Of a stretch of 64,000 nucleotides of DNA, positions 37,239 through 49,795 are shown one piece after another (within the stretch, counting starts at the first letter, position 1; each line of letters starts with the position of its first letter). The position numbers were made by a program, and so were the translations under genes. Below the pieces are notes generated by a model that was given only the letters and a program-made list of their open reading frames with translations, ran no database searches and was not told the origin of the DNA. Location of the stretch: positions 74,152,001 through 74,216,000 of the forward strand of contig CM060731.1 of the NCBI GenBank assembly GCA_030704615.1. Reading direction: 5' to 3'. This DNA comes from Takakia lepidozioides. Its lineage: Eukaryota; Plantae; Bryophyta.

Positions 37239-37872
37239 AATAGGAATAATGTAAGAACTTAATGCACAAGTGCAACCTCTGACAGGATGGTTCGCCGGTT
37301 TCTGTCATGTCAAATCTTCCCCACCTTCTCTTGAGAGTGACATGGAACTGAAGGAGCGTAAACTCAAGTCGGGGTTACACTGGGTTACACGACGAGGTGT
37401 GTAACTCCGCTTGGGGTTACATCGGGTTACGTGACAAGGTGTGTAACTCCACTTGGGGTTACACAGAATGTAGTGTAACTCCTCTCGGTGTAACTCACAC
37501 TTGGTCTCAAAATTTGACTAATCCCAAATTTGGTGAAGTATAAAATGGACTAACCAGAGTTACATGAGAAACCGGGGTTACAGAGGGTTACACCGATCGT
37601 AGGGTTACACTACCGGAGTTACATCGACCAGGGTTACACTACAAGCGCCTCCCATCAAGAATCAAAACCTGAACCTCGCCACCTACAACACTATCACCTT
37701 ACCACCATGCTACCCACTGCAGCTTGCAACCCACTTGGATTCTTAAGTAGTTAATAGTGAAACTGAGGTAAGAGGGGTGGGAAAGATTTGACAGGCCCCT
37801 GCCGGAGGAGCCCATGCTGCGAAAGTACTGTCAGATCACACGCGTCCGTTAAGTTCTTACATTATTCCTATT
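37239..37872. mobile_element. Non-autonomous TIR element (MITE-like) with an internal GTTACA array
   Basis: Perfect 24-bp inverted repeat AATAGGAATAATGTAAGAACTTAA (37239-37262) / TTAAGTTCTTACATTATTCCTATT (37849-37872); no ORF. Confidence 0.7.
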
Positions 37873-38586
37873 GTCTTCAGTCAATAGTTGTGTGATACAA
37901 GAAGGGTCCAATATAATAATATAATAAAATTAAATAATGTCAACAAGCATTGACAGTATTATGTCAGAGATTTCCAAGGATCTGAATCTAAGTCTGCAAG
38001 TCAAAAAAAAAGAAAAAGTCTGCAAGTCTTGACGTCTAGACGTCTAGACCCTGCTGCATAAATCTGACATAGAGGCTGTAGTGTCCAAAGCCTTGTATGT
38101 TGCCAGGAAATTGTCTGATGAGAATGAAGTTAAGTTAGGCAGAAATTTCCCTAAACTTGTTTCCAGTCTCACATGGGGGAGGCCATCATGGATGGCCTCA
38201 AGGGTTTACCCACTCTGGGCACTAGACTGAAATTTAAACTCGGGGCGGGAAGCCTACCTTAACAGATGATGCAGAGAGGAAAGGGGATTGCAAATGCCCG
38301 CTGTATATGGGCAAGCTGAAGACAAAGTCCACTTTCTGATTCATTGCCCTGGATGCTCTCACAGAGACACCCATCAAGGGATTTGGGATTTGCTCCTGTA
38401 AGTATCATAAAATCCTTCCACCGCTTGTTATTTCAGTTTCAATACCCTAAGGATTGATACCCAACCTAAAAAGGAAGTTTGATGGAGAACAGTAGCAATG
38501 ATGTAAAACTTACTGCAACCAGGCAATCTCTGATAATTTACAGAGCCTACTGCTCAACACACAGGCCATGAGGGCCCAATGGACGG

Positions 38587-41500
38587 TCTGAAGGCACATG
38601 TTGAAGGATTGAACCCAGGATCACACCTAGGTTATGCACAGGCAAGGCACAAACACCCAACCACTGGGTTCAGGCCTCTCAAACCTTCTCGAGAGTGACA
38701 CCAAACATCGGAGTGACACGAAGCGTGGTGACACCGGAGAGCGATCACGGCGGTAAGAAGTACTTAAGAGTACATACAAGGTCCGCAGTCCAGAGAGCCC
38801 ATCGAGAGCTCCAAGTCAAGGCTTCCCTCTTCAACGCTCTGCTGCCCGCGCGCATTCTACCTAGTTTCTTCTCTAACTGTACTAGCCGCAGGGAGGACAG
38901 CAAAATGGTTCTTCAGCTCCACAATGGCCTGTCACTTCATTGCCGAAGTGGTCGCCCTACCTTCTTCCCTCGCTCCCTCCCTACAACTTCTGCATTTCAG
39001 AAGCGCCCATTCTTCTCTTCGCCTGTCAAATACTGGTCTAATTCCCTTCTGGTACGATGTACAGCTAGCAGGCGAGAACTGCAACAATCTGAACATCTAG
39101 CAGTTAAGAATCCCACGAACGATGAGATCCAGTTTCCACCTCTCGTCTCTTCCCTCATCATCAGCGGCCTCCCACCTCGACAGCAGAGCATGTTTCATGT
39201 TGAAGCCGAGGAACGCCTTCTAAAAATTGCACGGCACTGGCAGGTCAAGTCGTTTGAAGTGTATTGTCGTCTAGCCGTCTCGTTTTCCAGCGTTCTGTTC
39301 AGCGGAACCGTCAGTTGTGATCGTCTTGTAGCCATCTGTATGGTGTTCGCCCTGGGGTTCATGTTGGATGATCTTCTCTTTGATTCGCCAAACGACTTGT
39401 GCCTCGAGGAGTATGGCATTGATCGCAGCATCCGTGAGAGCCCTCACAAAATCGGAGAGTTCCTCCACAACTTGGACCTCCTCTTTATGCAACAAGAGCC
39501 TCCGTGCGATCCCACCCCGATCGAGGGGATGGTGTGGGAATTGGGTCAGGACATGAGACGCATGTCCACCCCGGGATGGTTCAATAATTTTGCAGACTCT
39601 CGCCGCGAGTACCACAGAGTCACCCTTGCCAGCCATGTCGACGTTCTAGGCGACCGCTTTAAATATAATTTGCAAGAAGACTTGGAGACTTTCACCCAAA
39701 TGCGCGCCTGGAACTCTGGAGGCTTGTTTAGTCTGAATCTCGTGGAGTTGGGCAAGAACGCCTTTCTTCCAGACGAGATTCGTGCGCAAAGGATGATGCA
39801 ACAGCTGACCAATGCGGCCGTCATTCAGGCCGCTTTCGTCAACGATATTTTCTCCTACCCCAAGGAGATGCAGGAGGAAGACAATCCGCGCAATCTAATC
39901 AAGGTGTTGATGGAATCTGAAGGCACACTGCTACCCCAAGCTGCGTGGAGAGCCGTCGACTTGACGAACTCATACACTCGCCTCGTCTTGGAGCTGGAGA
40001 CGCAGTTGGCCGTGTTGGACGCAGAACCTGGCGCCTTTGCTGTGCGCCGCTACGTGGAAGGTGTGAAGGAGTTTCTGTCTGGCAACATTCACTGGAGCAG
40101 CCTGAACAAGCGCTACCGGCACCCCGACTCAGTTTTCCCAGAGCTCAGGGCCATCACCAATGTCCATCACCAACTGCAATGTTCAGATTTAGAACGTGAT
40201 CAGATGCAGCTGCATCAACTTTGATATATTTTACCCAACACTGAGTCACAATGTCGACCATATATGTCAGAATGCTTGAGCACAGGAGGACTTGATATAT
40301 TTTCATGTACATGTCATAATGTAATGCAACTGGTGTTACTCATAGCAACGTTTGTCTATATTAGAATAACGATTTGGATTCTGCATATATGATGCTGCTG
40401 CTTTTGATCTGCCATCTCATGTTTTAGCAAAGAAAGAGAAAAAGGAAATGGAGAAGCGAAGAGGAGCTAATCGGACTAAGTTTGGTTGGACTAGAAAACG
40501 AAAAGCAAATTTCAATTGTGGATCAGGTTCCAGTGTTTTTGTACTTGTGTCCCTTGGGCCCTCTGGCTCTCCTGTGGATGTAATACAAAACATCTCTTTC
40601 TCTTTCTTACTGTATTGGTCCTGTGGCCCTGGGTGGGGTTCATGATGGACTCAACAAGGTTTCTCTCTTTTTCACAAATGTTTGGCAGCCTACCTGCACG
40701 AGGCATTCACCCTTAGACAATCACTAGAACATTAGTTCTTATTTCTCTGGCTTCCTGTTTTCTCTCATGTTTTTCTTTCCATGTTGTCCCATAAGCTCTA
40801 TGAGCTTTCCGCGGACGTTATAAAGCACCATTTCATTTCATTTCATTTCATTTCTCTTTCTTTCTTTCCTTCACCCGTTTTGGGTCCATGGTGCTTCTAG
40901 TTTTCCCTTGTACCTGTACTTTGCCCATGGTCCCTAAGGCCCCATAAGAGGTAACAAATTTCTTTCATTCTTATTTCTCTTTGCCCCATGAACATATTGC
41001 CCAATTCTCTTGTCTTCGTTTTCTCTTGTAGTTCCAATATGTGCCATGTAGTTCCTGTGTGGACATGATGAATCTCATTTCTTCCTCTTCTCCTCAATGT
41101 TGTTTTAAAGAGTTTTCTTGAGAAATTTTGGCAGGCCAGAATCTGTATTAAAAAGGGTAGGTCTCTCTATTGGAGGCACATTCCTACAGTGAACACACCC
41201 ATCAATGTCCTATCTTGCTGGCCTTTAAGTCACAATGAGCGTTTGTGATCTGTGGCAAGACTCCAAGAAGCACAGGCACATCAGTAGTCATCTTTCTCTC
41301 TGGCTGTTTCCTCTTTCATGGTCCACAAATGGTGAAGATCATAGGTCGAACTACTGAAGCAATTTCCCTCCAGTAGCAAGGTTTGCTTATATATACCAGT
41401 AATGTGGAATGTGGGATGTGAACTCCATCAATGCTGTTCACCCCAGGCATCATATTTACAATTATCCCTTCGTTGCATGTTTCGGGTGGTAAGTGCACCC

Positions 41501-41970
41501 TGGTCTTGAAAATTCGCTCTGTTTCTCCAAACTTTCATTGTCTGGATTCTAGTTTGATCAGAGTGGTTTGTCCTGGAAGGCCTTCTGGGATCACCTGAAG
41601 CAGCAGCCTCCATAACTCCTAGTAACATCAGAGATTTCAGAACTGAGAATTCGTACCGTAACAACCATTGTCCTCCGTAACTTCCCACTTTGCGGCCAAG
41701 TTTGCTCCTGATAAGACCTGCTTCTACAGTAGTCTTAGCAAACTACGAAATCAAGCTCTTTAGAGGAAATCAGTGGCATGGCAGCTTGCTCTGATGGTCT
41801 GTATCTTGAAGTATTATCCATGGGTTTCAATAGTATCTTTGTTGAAGGGGATGAAACCCAGGCCACGCCTTCAGGGCAATTTCAACACTATATCTTGCAC
41901 ATGTGTCAATAGTTATAACCTACTCCCCAATCTCGTTGGCTGCAAAAACAGGCAACTCACCCTGACACTG
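38587..41970. repeat. Segmental duplication carrying MTPSL copy 2 (inverted copy of ~29401-32733)
   Basis: Reverse-complement near-identity from CTGAAGGCACATG to CCTGACACTG. Confidence 0.95.
38905..40224 (+). CDS. MTPSL: Microbial terpene synthase-like protein, copy 2 (439 aa)
   Basis: Same catalytic motifs as copy 1; the ATG at 38905 aligns with the starts of copies 1 and 3. Confidence 0.92.
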   Translation: MVLQLHNGLSLHCRSGRPTFFPRSLPTTSAFQKRPFFSSPVKYWSNSLLVRCTASRRELQQSEHLAVKNPTNDEIQFPPLVSSLIISGLPPRQQSMFHVEAEERLLKIARHWQVKSFEVYCRLAVSFSSVLFSGTVSCDRLVAICMVFALGFMLDDLLFDSPNDLCLEEYGIDRSIRESPHKIGEFLHNLDLLFMQQEPPCDPTPIEGMVWELGQDMRRMSTPGWFNNFADSRREYHRVTLASHVDVLGDRFKYNLQEDLETFTQMRAWNSGGLFSLNLVELGKNAFLPDEIRAQRMMQQLTNAAVIQAAFVNDIFSYPKEMQEEDNPRNLIKVLMESEGTLLPQAAWRAVDLTNSYTRLVLELETQLAVLDAEPGAFAVRRYVEGVKEFLSGNIHWSSLNKRYRHPDSVFPELRAITNVHHQLQCSDLERDQMQLHQL

Positions 41971-42487
41971 TCTCTAACTTTATCTACAAGTCAAGTTGCA
42001 GATTGGTTGAATATGGAGCCGTTTTCCAACAATTAGGGGGTTAAGACTTTACATGTTAAAGAAGATCAAATCTTTGCATAACATTTGTTGCTTAGATCAA
42101 CGTACTACACCCATCTGAGAAATCACAAATTCACAAATTCAAAACGAAGTTGTATAACTGTACATTGAACCTACTGCCGCTCAGCCCTGATTTGGGGATT
42201 ATGATTGAGAGTACATCCCAGTCTAACTCATCAGCAAGGTATAATGGTTGACATTTTTTTCCGTTGCAGGGACATAATACAGAACCCCCAACTTTTAACT
42301 TTCAAAGAGAATGAAGCACACGCATTCAGGACACAAAACCCCAATGAGACATATGGGTAGGACCAGGACCTAGTACAAGTAGTGATAAATACTAATTATG
42401 ATAAAAGAGACCAACTGTACAATCACAAGATCCAAGTCAGAAATTCAATTTGCCAACTACTGGTGATAGAGGTACTGAAACTTCATG

Positions 42488-45400
42488 TTAACTATCTCTG
42501 ACTGCCACACATTCAACCCTGATCTCTTCTTTTAAGTGTGTTACCACAGATTGTGCTGTGCAGTGGGCAATGGACTGGATAGTTATCATGGGGTTGACTC
42601 CCAAGGCTGTGGGGAACACACTAGCATCTCCCAAGAACAAGCCTCGTGCTTCCCAAGTCTCCCCTCTGGAATCAACAACTGATGTTTTGGGACTCAACCC
42701 CATCTGGCAGCTACTCATTTGGTGAGCCGATGCTATCGTCACTTTGAGCTTCTTGGCGCCCCTGGAGCGTACCCTTGCCAAGTAGGCCTCAATCTCACTA
42801 GGAGATGCGCCTGGAATCACAGATCAAAGATTGGTTCCCTTTTAGTAGTTTAAAAATGAGACCGATGTCCACAATTGCACATATGATTCCTAATGTGAAA
42901 ATAGTAACTTGTAGCAGGCTGTGTGCCTTGGCATTCACATGCAGCACACCATCTCAGCCTGCTGCTTCTTCTATTCCTGGGGACTGTATACCCCTTAATA
43001 AACCTTGTGGTGATCCATGAAAGCCGACAGAAATGCGCCATGGCACCGTAGCAAATTCCACTGGCAAAATTCATCTTCTAAGATCATAATCTTAGACCCA
43101 TATCTTACCTCCTAGTTAAAACTGGATGCAGTTTGAAAACTTTCTTGAATCTCTAAGTTTAAATTCAGTTTGACCGTGACAAGAGGATAGGAGCCCGCAA
43201 GCTTAAACTTCAAGAGAATTTACAAGAATAAACTCACATAATGCATTGCCAAAGTAAAGTCTTTGGCATGTCGTTGTTAGATACCAGCTTTCCTCCCAAG
43301 TCAACTGTACATAAATAGTGTAGCGGTGCAACACTAACATTATCACTGCACGAAGGTGGTGGCCGCTATCTAGAGATATCAGCGGAGATATCAACGGGAG
43401 ATTAAGATAGTAGACTTCCTCCCCCAAGTGGATCGAAACTCATATTTCTCTCCGTATACTCATTTGATAACTCTTCATTCCTCAACATCTTATGATCTCC
43501 TACTGCTAGTGTGTATGACCTGGGTTTCTCAATGTTTTTCCAACGGTGCAGCAATCACGGAACGAGTGCAATATTTGTAATATCTGTAAAGTAGCTTAGG
43601 TCAAGGTCAGTGCTTCACCTTCAACACACAGGCGCTCTCCATCATGTTGGTGGGTGCCAACCTCTACAGCCCCTGCAGCGATCAGCACGCGGAGGCCTTG
43701 CTCTGCTCCTACCATCATGGGCTCCTCATCGAATGCAGATAACGTGTAGTCGATTGAAGGCTCACCATTAGCGTCCACCCCAACACTTCCACTGCCCAGG
43801 TTATCTTTGGTGACAACACACAAGGTGACTGTGCGGGGATAGCGTACCATCCGATCCTTAAATTCAGCACCTGCATACGTAATTTAATATTCATGACAGC
43901 CTAGGCCTCAAAGAAGGAGCTGGCTGGATATGGAGTCACTTACTCATTCAATTAAAAGGATATCTTTGAAATAACAAGTGGAGTCACACTTCCCTATAAC
44001 AACAGCAAATACTATATGCTTTTTCATCTTGTCTGCATCTCAATATCTAAATCATCAGTTCTCTGCTTGGTGGAGCAACAGTCTTACCAGAGCACCATGG
44101 CATGCATGCTACAAAAGCTCCAGGGTGAAATGACATTGTCTCCAAGAGGCCTTCCACCACCTGTGGGCCTTTTGCCATCAGGGGCGAAAAAGCTGTGACG
44201 ATACCCCCCTCATAGCACGTACCAGCGCACCCAGAGCCTTCTGGAAAGTAACCCCAGAGACAGAATACAGGGTGAATACGTAGATTTTTCCCAATGTTTG
44301 GATTCCTTAATCCACTGTTCAATAAAAGAGGAGTCATCATCAGCGACCCACAAGCCACCACTGTAGCACGAGCCTCTACGATTATCCTGTTGGGGCCTTC
44401 TCCAATCCGTGCCACCACCGCGCGAGCCTGCTTACGCTCGTTACCCTGACATCTTGGACTGAGAAGAACGGCTTCAGCTTTACATTCTGATAGAATAATT
44501 GCATTATTTGTGTTAACAGCATCCGCCAGCCATGTCTCAGAGACTGACTGTTTCTCTCCTGTCCGGCAACCATAGGTGCACCATCCACAGTAATGATCAG
44601 GGCCCGCATTGCGTGCCAAAGTGCCAACTTCCAGTCCCAGTTTCTTACATCCTTCCCTCAGTGCCCAGTTTGGAAGATTTTCTTTGTTGACCGCTGTCTG
44701 CACAGACAGGCGCTGCCACACTAGTTGCATTGCCTGTTTGTATTTCTCACTAGAAAAGAGGTCAAGACCAAAGCGTTCTACCCATTCCTTGAGGACATTT
44801 TCTGGAGTCTTGAAGCACGCTGACCAATTCACTGTGGACCCACCCCCAACAGTCGAAGCAACAGCAAAATTGACGCTCCCGTCTTCCGTTGCAAGAGCTC
44901 CAAATTTCTCATACATGGCCATCTGAGATGGCCCTTCTAAAGTTGTGATATCTTCAGGTGCGAAGTACTGTCCCTTTTCTAGGACCACTACTTTGTAGCC
45001 TGCCTTAGCCAGAACAGCCGCCACCACCCCACCCCCTGATCCTGAACCTACCACTACTACATCACAACGTATTCCTATGTCTCTTCCCTTGACTGAGCCC
45101 CATCTCTTTTTCCTGTCCATTATGGTCTTTAGATGCATAGTGTCGCTCATCATATCACACCCAGCAAGTTCTAGAATGGTGCTAAGGTTATCCCCAGCAG
45201 ATTTGGCATCGATAACTTTGTCACCTAGAGTTCTGGGGGATCTGATACTGCCAAGGTGTGCCCTCTTTTCATCAACATAGCCTTCCCTAAGGCATGTCCC
45301 ACTGGGATCAGGGCCACAATAACCAATCGCATTCCAGGCGCGGTTGTATCCATTTGCGTCGACCTGGAGTGCAGCCAACTTGTGGAGTCAAACATTGCTT

Positions 45401-47223
45401 TTCAAATGGCCGCATTCATCAGGTCTGAAAGAGACTGTAGCATGTATCGATTGAACACCGCAAACTGCACCCGAATCTTAAGTGCAAAATAGTTCCAAGG
45501 CCCCAATTAAAAACAGGTGAAAATGCAGACTTATAACGTCCCTGGTTTTTTCTTGGACCTGTGACAGATTTGGGATAAAGATATATAAAAGGAGCACTGC
45601 CATGCAACAGACCAAGAATAGATGGAGTACTGTCCAAGCATAGAAAAGATGGGGTTACCTGTGATAGAAAAAGATGTGACGATAATAGAACTGACAAGAA
45701 AAGATGAGCAGGGAGCCATTAGTGGACATGCTGGATTGATATATATTTGAGAGATTTCCAAGGCGAGGACCGATAGAAAAATGGATGCACAGTGAGGTGG
45801 TTGGGAGGACTCGATGGTTTCCAGTAGTACGGTTTTGATATAGAGTGAACCAATGGGACAGGACAAGATTGGATAGAGAGGATTGTAATAACAGTGTTAG
45901 AAAAGGATCTGAACTCGGGCCGAAAGGGGAGGCCGAGCGGCTTACCTTGCAGTAGAAAACCCAAAGTGTCACTGCCTTGAAAAGCTTGAACAACCCCCTA
46001 AATATTGAAAGGGAGCTTTTTGACCAGATCTGTAGCACTCTTTCTTGTTCTACTCTTGATAGACAAACGAACTTTTGAAAGTAGGGAAAGTTTTTGCTCA
46101 AACTTGCTCGCCCACTTAAGAGGAAGGTTCCTAGGGGGTGGACAGAAGCCACAAGAATATCTCGATCACCATCCTCACCTTCCGCTTCAAACTGCTGCTT
46201 GTATACCTGCAGCCTGCAAGTCCCTCACATAGAAGGCACCAAATACTGAGAGAAAGTTCTAAAAGAATGAACTTGAAATTTCTTACGCGCACATGAGTCC
46301 AATGGGCCCAAGCGACATGTTTGAATACCGTGCAGTGTAACTGAGAGAGATTCTATTTTCTCTATTTACAGTCATGAACTCTATCCTAGCAAAGTGGTTC
46401 CCTAGTTGGTTCCCTAATTTCCGAATAAGTCTCACTGGCCAGGCCTTTGAGCAATTTCGGATCTTCTCTAGATAGATAGTTCATTCTCAGTCTAAAGTAG
46501 CCAAACAGTCACTGCGCCGTACTGTTCGATATGAAATTATACGACATGGACAAGCCTGTCGCAATCCTGACTAGATAATAGCTAGAGTGTCTCTTTCCCT
46601 ATTCTTCCTTCTTTCGATGAGCCAAATGTTTCTGTGGACGTGCGCAGCATGTCTGGCGTCCGGCTACGGGAGGACTGCCACAGTACTGCAGCTATAACTT
46701 CGTGATTGATCGACGACTGGAGAATTTTAAAAGTAAGTAGTCCGACTAGAACAGTCTAATCAAGACAGCTTTGAGGGAGCAATACCAATGAGGCATGCAA
46801 TAAATTAGAACTTACATCTGCAGGAACTCCAGCATCAGAGGCTGATAATCGGTAGAAATCTTTCAAATCCTCATCGGACTTTGTTCTCAAAGCCTGAGAA
46901 TCTGTACACCCGTCGCAGTACAGTAGATCTCTCTGAGATTTTGATGGTGGCTCGAGTGATGGGCACAAGGTATCACAGATAGCGGTGAGTGTCTGCTTCT
47001 GTACTTCTGTAAATTTATGTGAGAGAGGTGGATTCCAGTTTCTCAACAAGGGGTGTCCTGAGCGAATCAAAACCTGAGCCTTCTCTGTCCCAGTCGTTGT
47101 TTGAATGTCGTTGCATTTCTGCCCACTGTGCTCCTTGGCGTTCTCTGCCGGTGAGGGGTCTCGCTTGGCCTGGTCGATGACCCCCTCTATCCCTTTACTG
47201 TAGCCCAAGTCAGCCTTAGCCAT
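42488..47223 (-). CDS. FAO: Long-chain fatty alcohol oxidase (GMC oxidoreductase); exons 47223-46816, 46206(or 46213)-45946, 45363-44088, 43870-43619, 42810-42488; exon 2 has indels, so functional status is uncertain
   Basis: [11 protein letters not shown]-terminus, [15 protein letters not shown] motif, [26 protein letters not shown] and GVNPMITI catalytic His/Asn; GT-AG introns in phase. Confidence 0.88.
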
Positions 47224-49499
47224 TACCTAAGCAAACCAGTGCTTGCTTAAAACCATAGAGATCTCTGCCCACAGTAAATGTCTGAGCATAGTACTTCTCT
47301 ATGAGGATAAATCGGTTTCATCAAAAGTACTGTCAACACATACTTTCCTGAAAATCACATGTCAAAACTGAGACAAATCAAAGTCTTCCACCATAGCCCG
47401 AATGGCGTGTACTGCCATGTCTTAAGACAAAAATAAACATAGTATTCAAAATGAAACCACTCAGTTGGGCTGTAAACTGAGATTGATCCAAGTCAAGACA
47501 GGTCTTTAGAACCGTCTGGTACCAGATCCAAGGGGTAGATTACTTCCCTAAATTGAAATGGTACTTTAATGGTAGTTTAAAGAGAGAGAGAGAGAGACCT
47601 CGTCGATAGCCTCCGAGGGGCTGTCTTCGTTGTTGGTGACCCGTGTATTGTAAGGGACCCCAGACTGTCGGAAACCCAGTTCCTCTGGACTGTGTGCAGA
47701 AGCTCTCGGACCTCTGGGCGCATCCCTCCTTAGGCAACCCCAACTCCCTCGACCCTGGTTCTCAGGTAACGATCTCCCATAATCCACAACAAGTTTCTTA
47801 CAGCTTAATGAAATTGTCCGTAGATCTGATAAGCAGCACAATGGGCGGTGTCTGATTGAAGTGTCCTCCACAATGTAAGGGAAACATGCATCGCGAGAGT
47901 TTTCCCTGGAATCAACTGACAAGATTGAGAGGTTTTTGGTAGATGTAGATGATTTAATGCTCCTGGCCTGTGGGGAAATGGTAATCGAAGAATAAGAGGC
48001 AGAGGTCCTTTTTTTAAAAATTCTTCCACAAATGTCCAGTCGCGCTGCACTGTATGAGCTCGGTGAGACAGGAAAGCTGGTATTTGGAGCACTGAATACA
48101 AGAGCCCAGCCGAATGTCATTGCTATTTTTCCTTACCCCATCCGTACTTGCTGCCCGCCTCTCTCTCTCTCGCGCGCGCTTGGCAAAGAACTTTGTCTCA
48201 TGACATTCTCTGTCCCCGGCGCGGAGTATACCTTTGAACTAAAGACATATGCAGAGAGGAAAGGGAGATTGTCAATGCCCATGTGCGGGCGGCCTGAAGA
48301 CGGAGGCTCTGTCTCTAGAATCCAGTCACGTGGGGCTGCTCGAGGAGTGCATGTCAGCAGAATTATGTCAGATATAATTGACATATTACTTACTGACAGT
48401 ATAAATAATGTAAAACAGGGGGACAGAGGCCTTGGAAAATATATTAACACAAGTGGAAAAAATAACCAACTCAGGGGCCATGAAGGCTTAGAGCGGGGAT
48501 ACCACCCAGTGACACCAATGAACAAAGGTGAATGTTTTTGCAAAGAAAGCAGAGCTGCAGAGTAAGCAGGCGGCCAAAGTGCTGCCAAAGTGCCAGAGTG
48601 GTAGTGAAGTTAGTATCTTATGCTGCACTACCAGGGGGGGAGGGAACAGGAGGAACAAAGGAGATGTGTTTAGAGGCAGAAAAAAGGAAGGAGCAGTGTC
48701 AGAAATATATCCAATGTCCAGCAGTGGCCATCTACGAAATGTAGGAACACTAAAACTTAAGCTGCGCGTTTCCCAAGCCCTTTTTTCACTTTTTACCAAT
48801 TCTGGGTTACCCAGCTGCAATAAATTACCCCTAGAATCCTACCAAAAATGATCCAGAGATTCCAGCCTTATAGGAGTGGGCCCACCTCATTTATGCATGA
48901 CATACCAAAAAATGAGCCAAGTCCATTGTGGAAATTGTGAGATTATAACATTGGCCAGGACCTCAAATATCAGGTCCCAAAGAAAAAGTGAGAAAAAAAT
49001 TGGTTTGACCAAATCAAAGCCTAGCTTTATCCAATTTTGCTTGCCCCAAGACCCACCATTTCCAAATCAGTAGTGGAGTGGCTATGACCCCACTAAATTG
49101 CAGGTCCAACAGATTTTTTCACCTATGGTTGCTTTGCATGCAATTACACGGGGGTTGAAATCTCAAAATTGACAAGAGAAAATGTGCCTCCAAATGAAGT
49201 ACTTTTTTTTTTACAAAAATTTTAAAAGCCAATGGTGGATGTGTGTATGTAATGCTCACACACCACAACGTGAAGTGTTTTTTCCAAAATTGCTAATTTT
49301 CTGCCAAAAATGGCCTTTGGAGTGCAATCTGTTTTGGGCTTGTTTACCTGCCATGTCAGCGGTCAACAAGCCCTTTTCAGGCCAAAAACGTAAATTAGAG
49401 ATCTAAGATATTTTTTGTAGGTCGTAGCTTTTTTTTTTTTAACTTTTTTTTTACATCGTACTCGAGACAAATCCCTTGTCATTAAAGCTTCTGGAGTGG

Positions 49500-49795
49500 G
49501 ATTTACGATCAGGATATCACCAATTGCCGATCAAGGAGGCGGATAAGCAAAAGACGGCATTCTGGGGGATCGATGAGCACGGGAAGGATTGCCTATACTA
49601 GTGGCGGTTCTTACCATTTGGGCTTAAAAACGCTCCGACAGAGATTTAGAGAGTCATGGACAGAATTCTAGTAGGGGTGGAGTTTGCTCGGTGCTACATA
49701 AATGACATCATCATCTTTAGTGCTACGGTGGAGGAGCACGAGAGAGACCTTCAGGTGGTATTTGAGCCTTGAGGGCGCACGGACTGAAGTTACCA
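49500..49795 (+). mobile_element. Degenerate Ty3/Gypsy reverse transcriptase fragment (different family from the full-length element)
   Basis: [20 protein letters not shown]...Y*WRFLPFGLKNAP..*RVMD...CYINDIIIFS; two stops, and YIDD is changed to YIND. Confidence 0.9.

Noticed and set aside
37370-37640. CRISPR-like array
   Set aside because: Repeats are only 6-10 nt, in both orientations with irregular spacing, and there are no cas genes; eukaryotic context
38755-38890. GTAC copper-response cores near MTPSL starts, suggesting control by the neighbouring SPL7
   Set aside because: A few 4-mers are expected by chance, and the local SPL7 is broken
38695-38904. 70-aa N-terminal extension making MTPSL copy 2 a 509-aa ORF
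   Set aside because: It starts at GTG, and the equivalent upstream sequence is not in frame in copies 1 and 3; the shared ATG is at 38905
47790-48135. Protein-like reading (KIERFLVDVDDLMLLACGE..EAEVLFLKILPQ) upstream of FAO
   Set aside because: Interrupted by stops; might be a gag relic but cannot be assigned without a search
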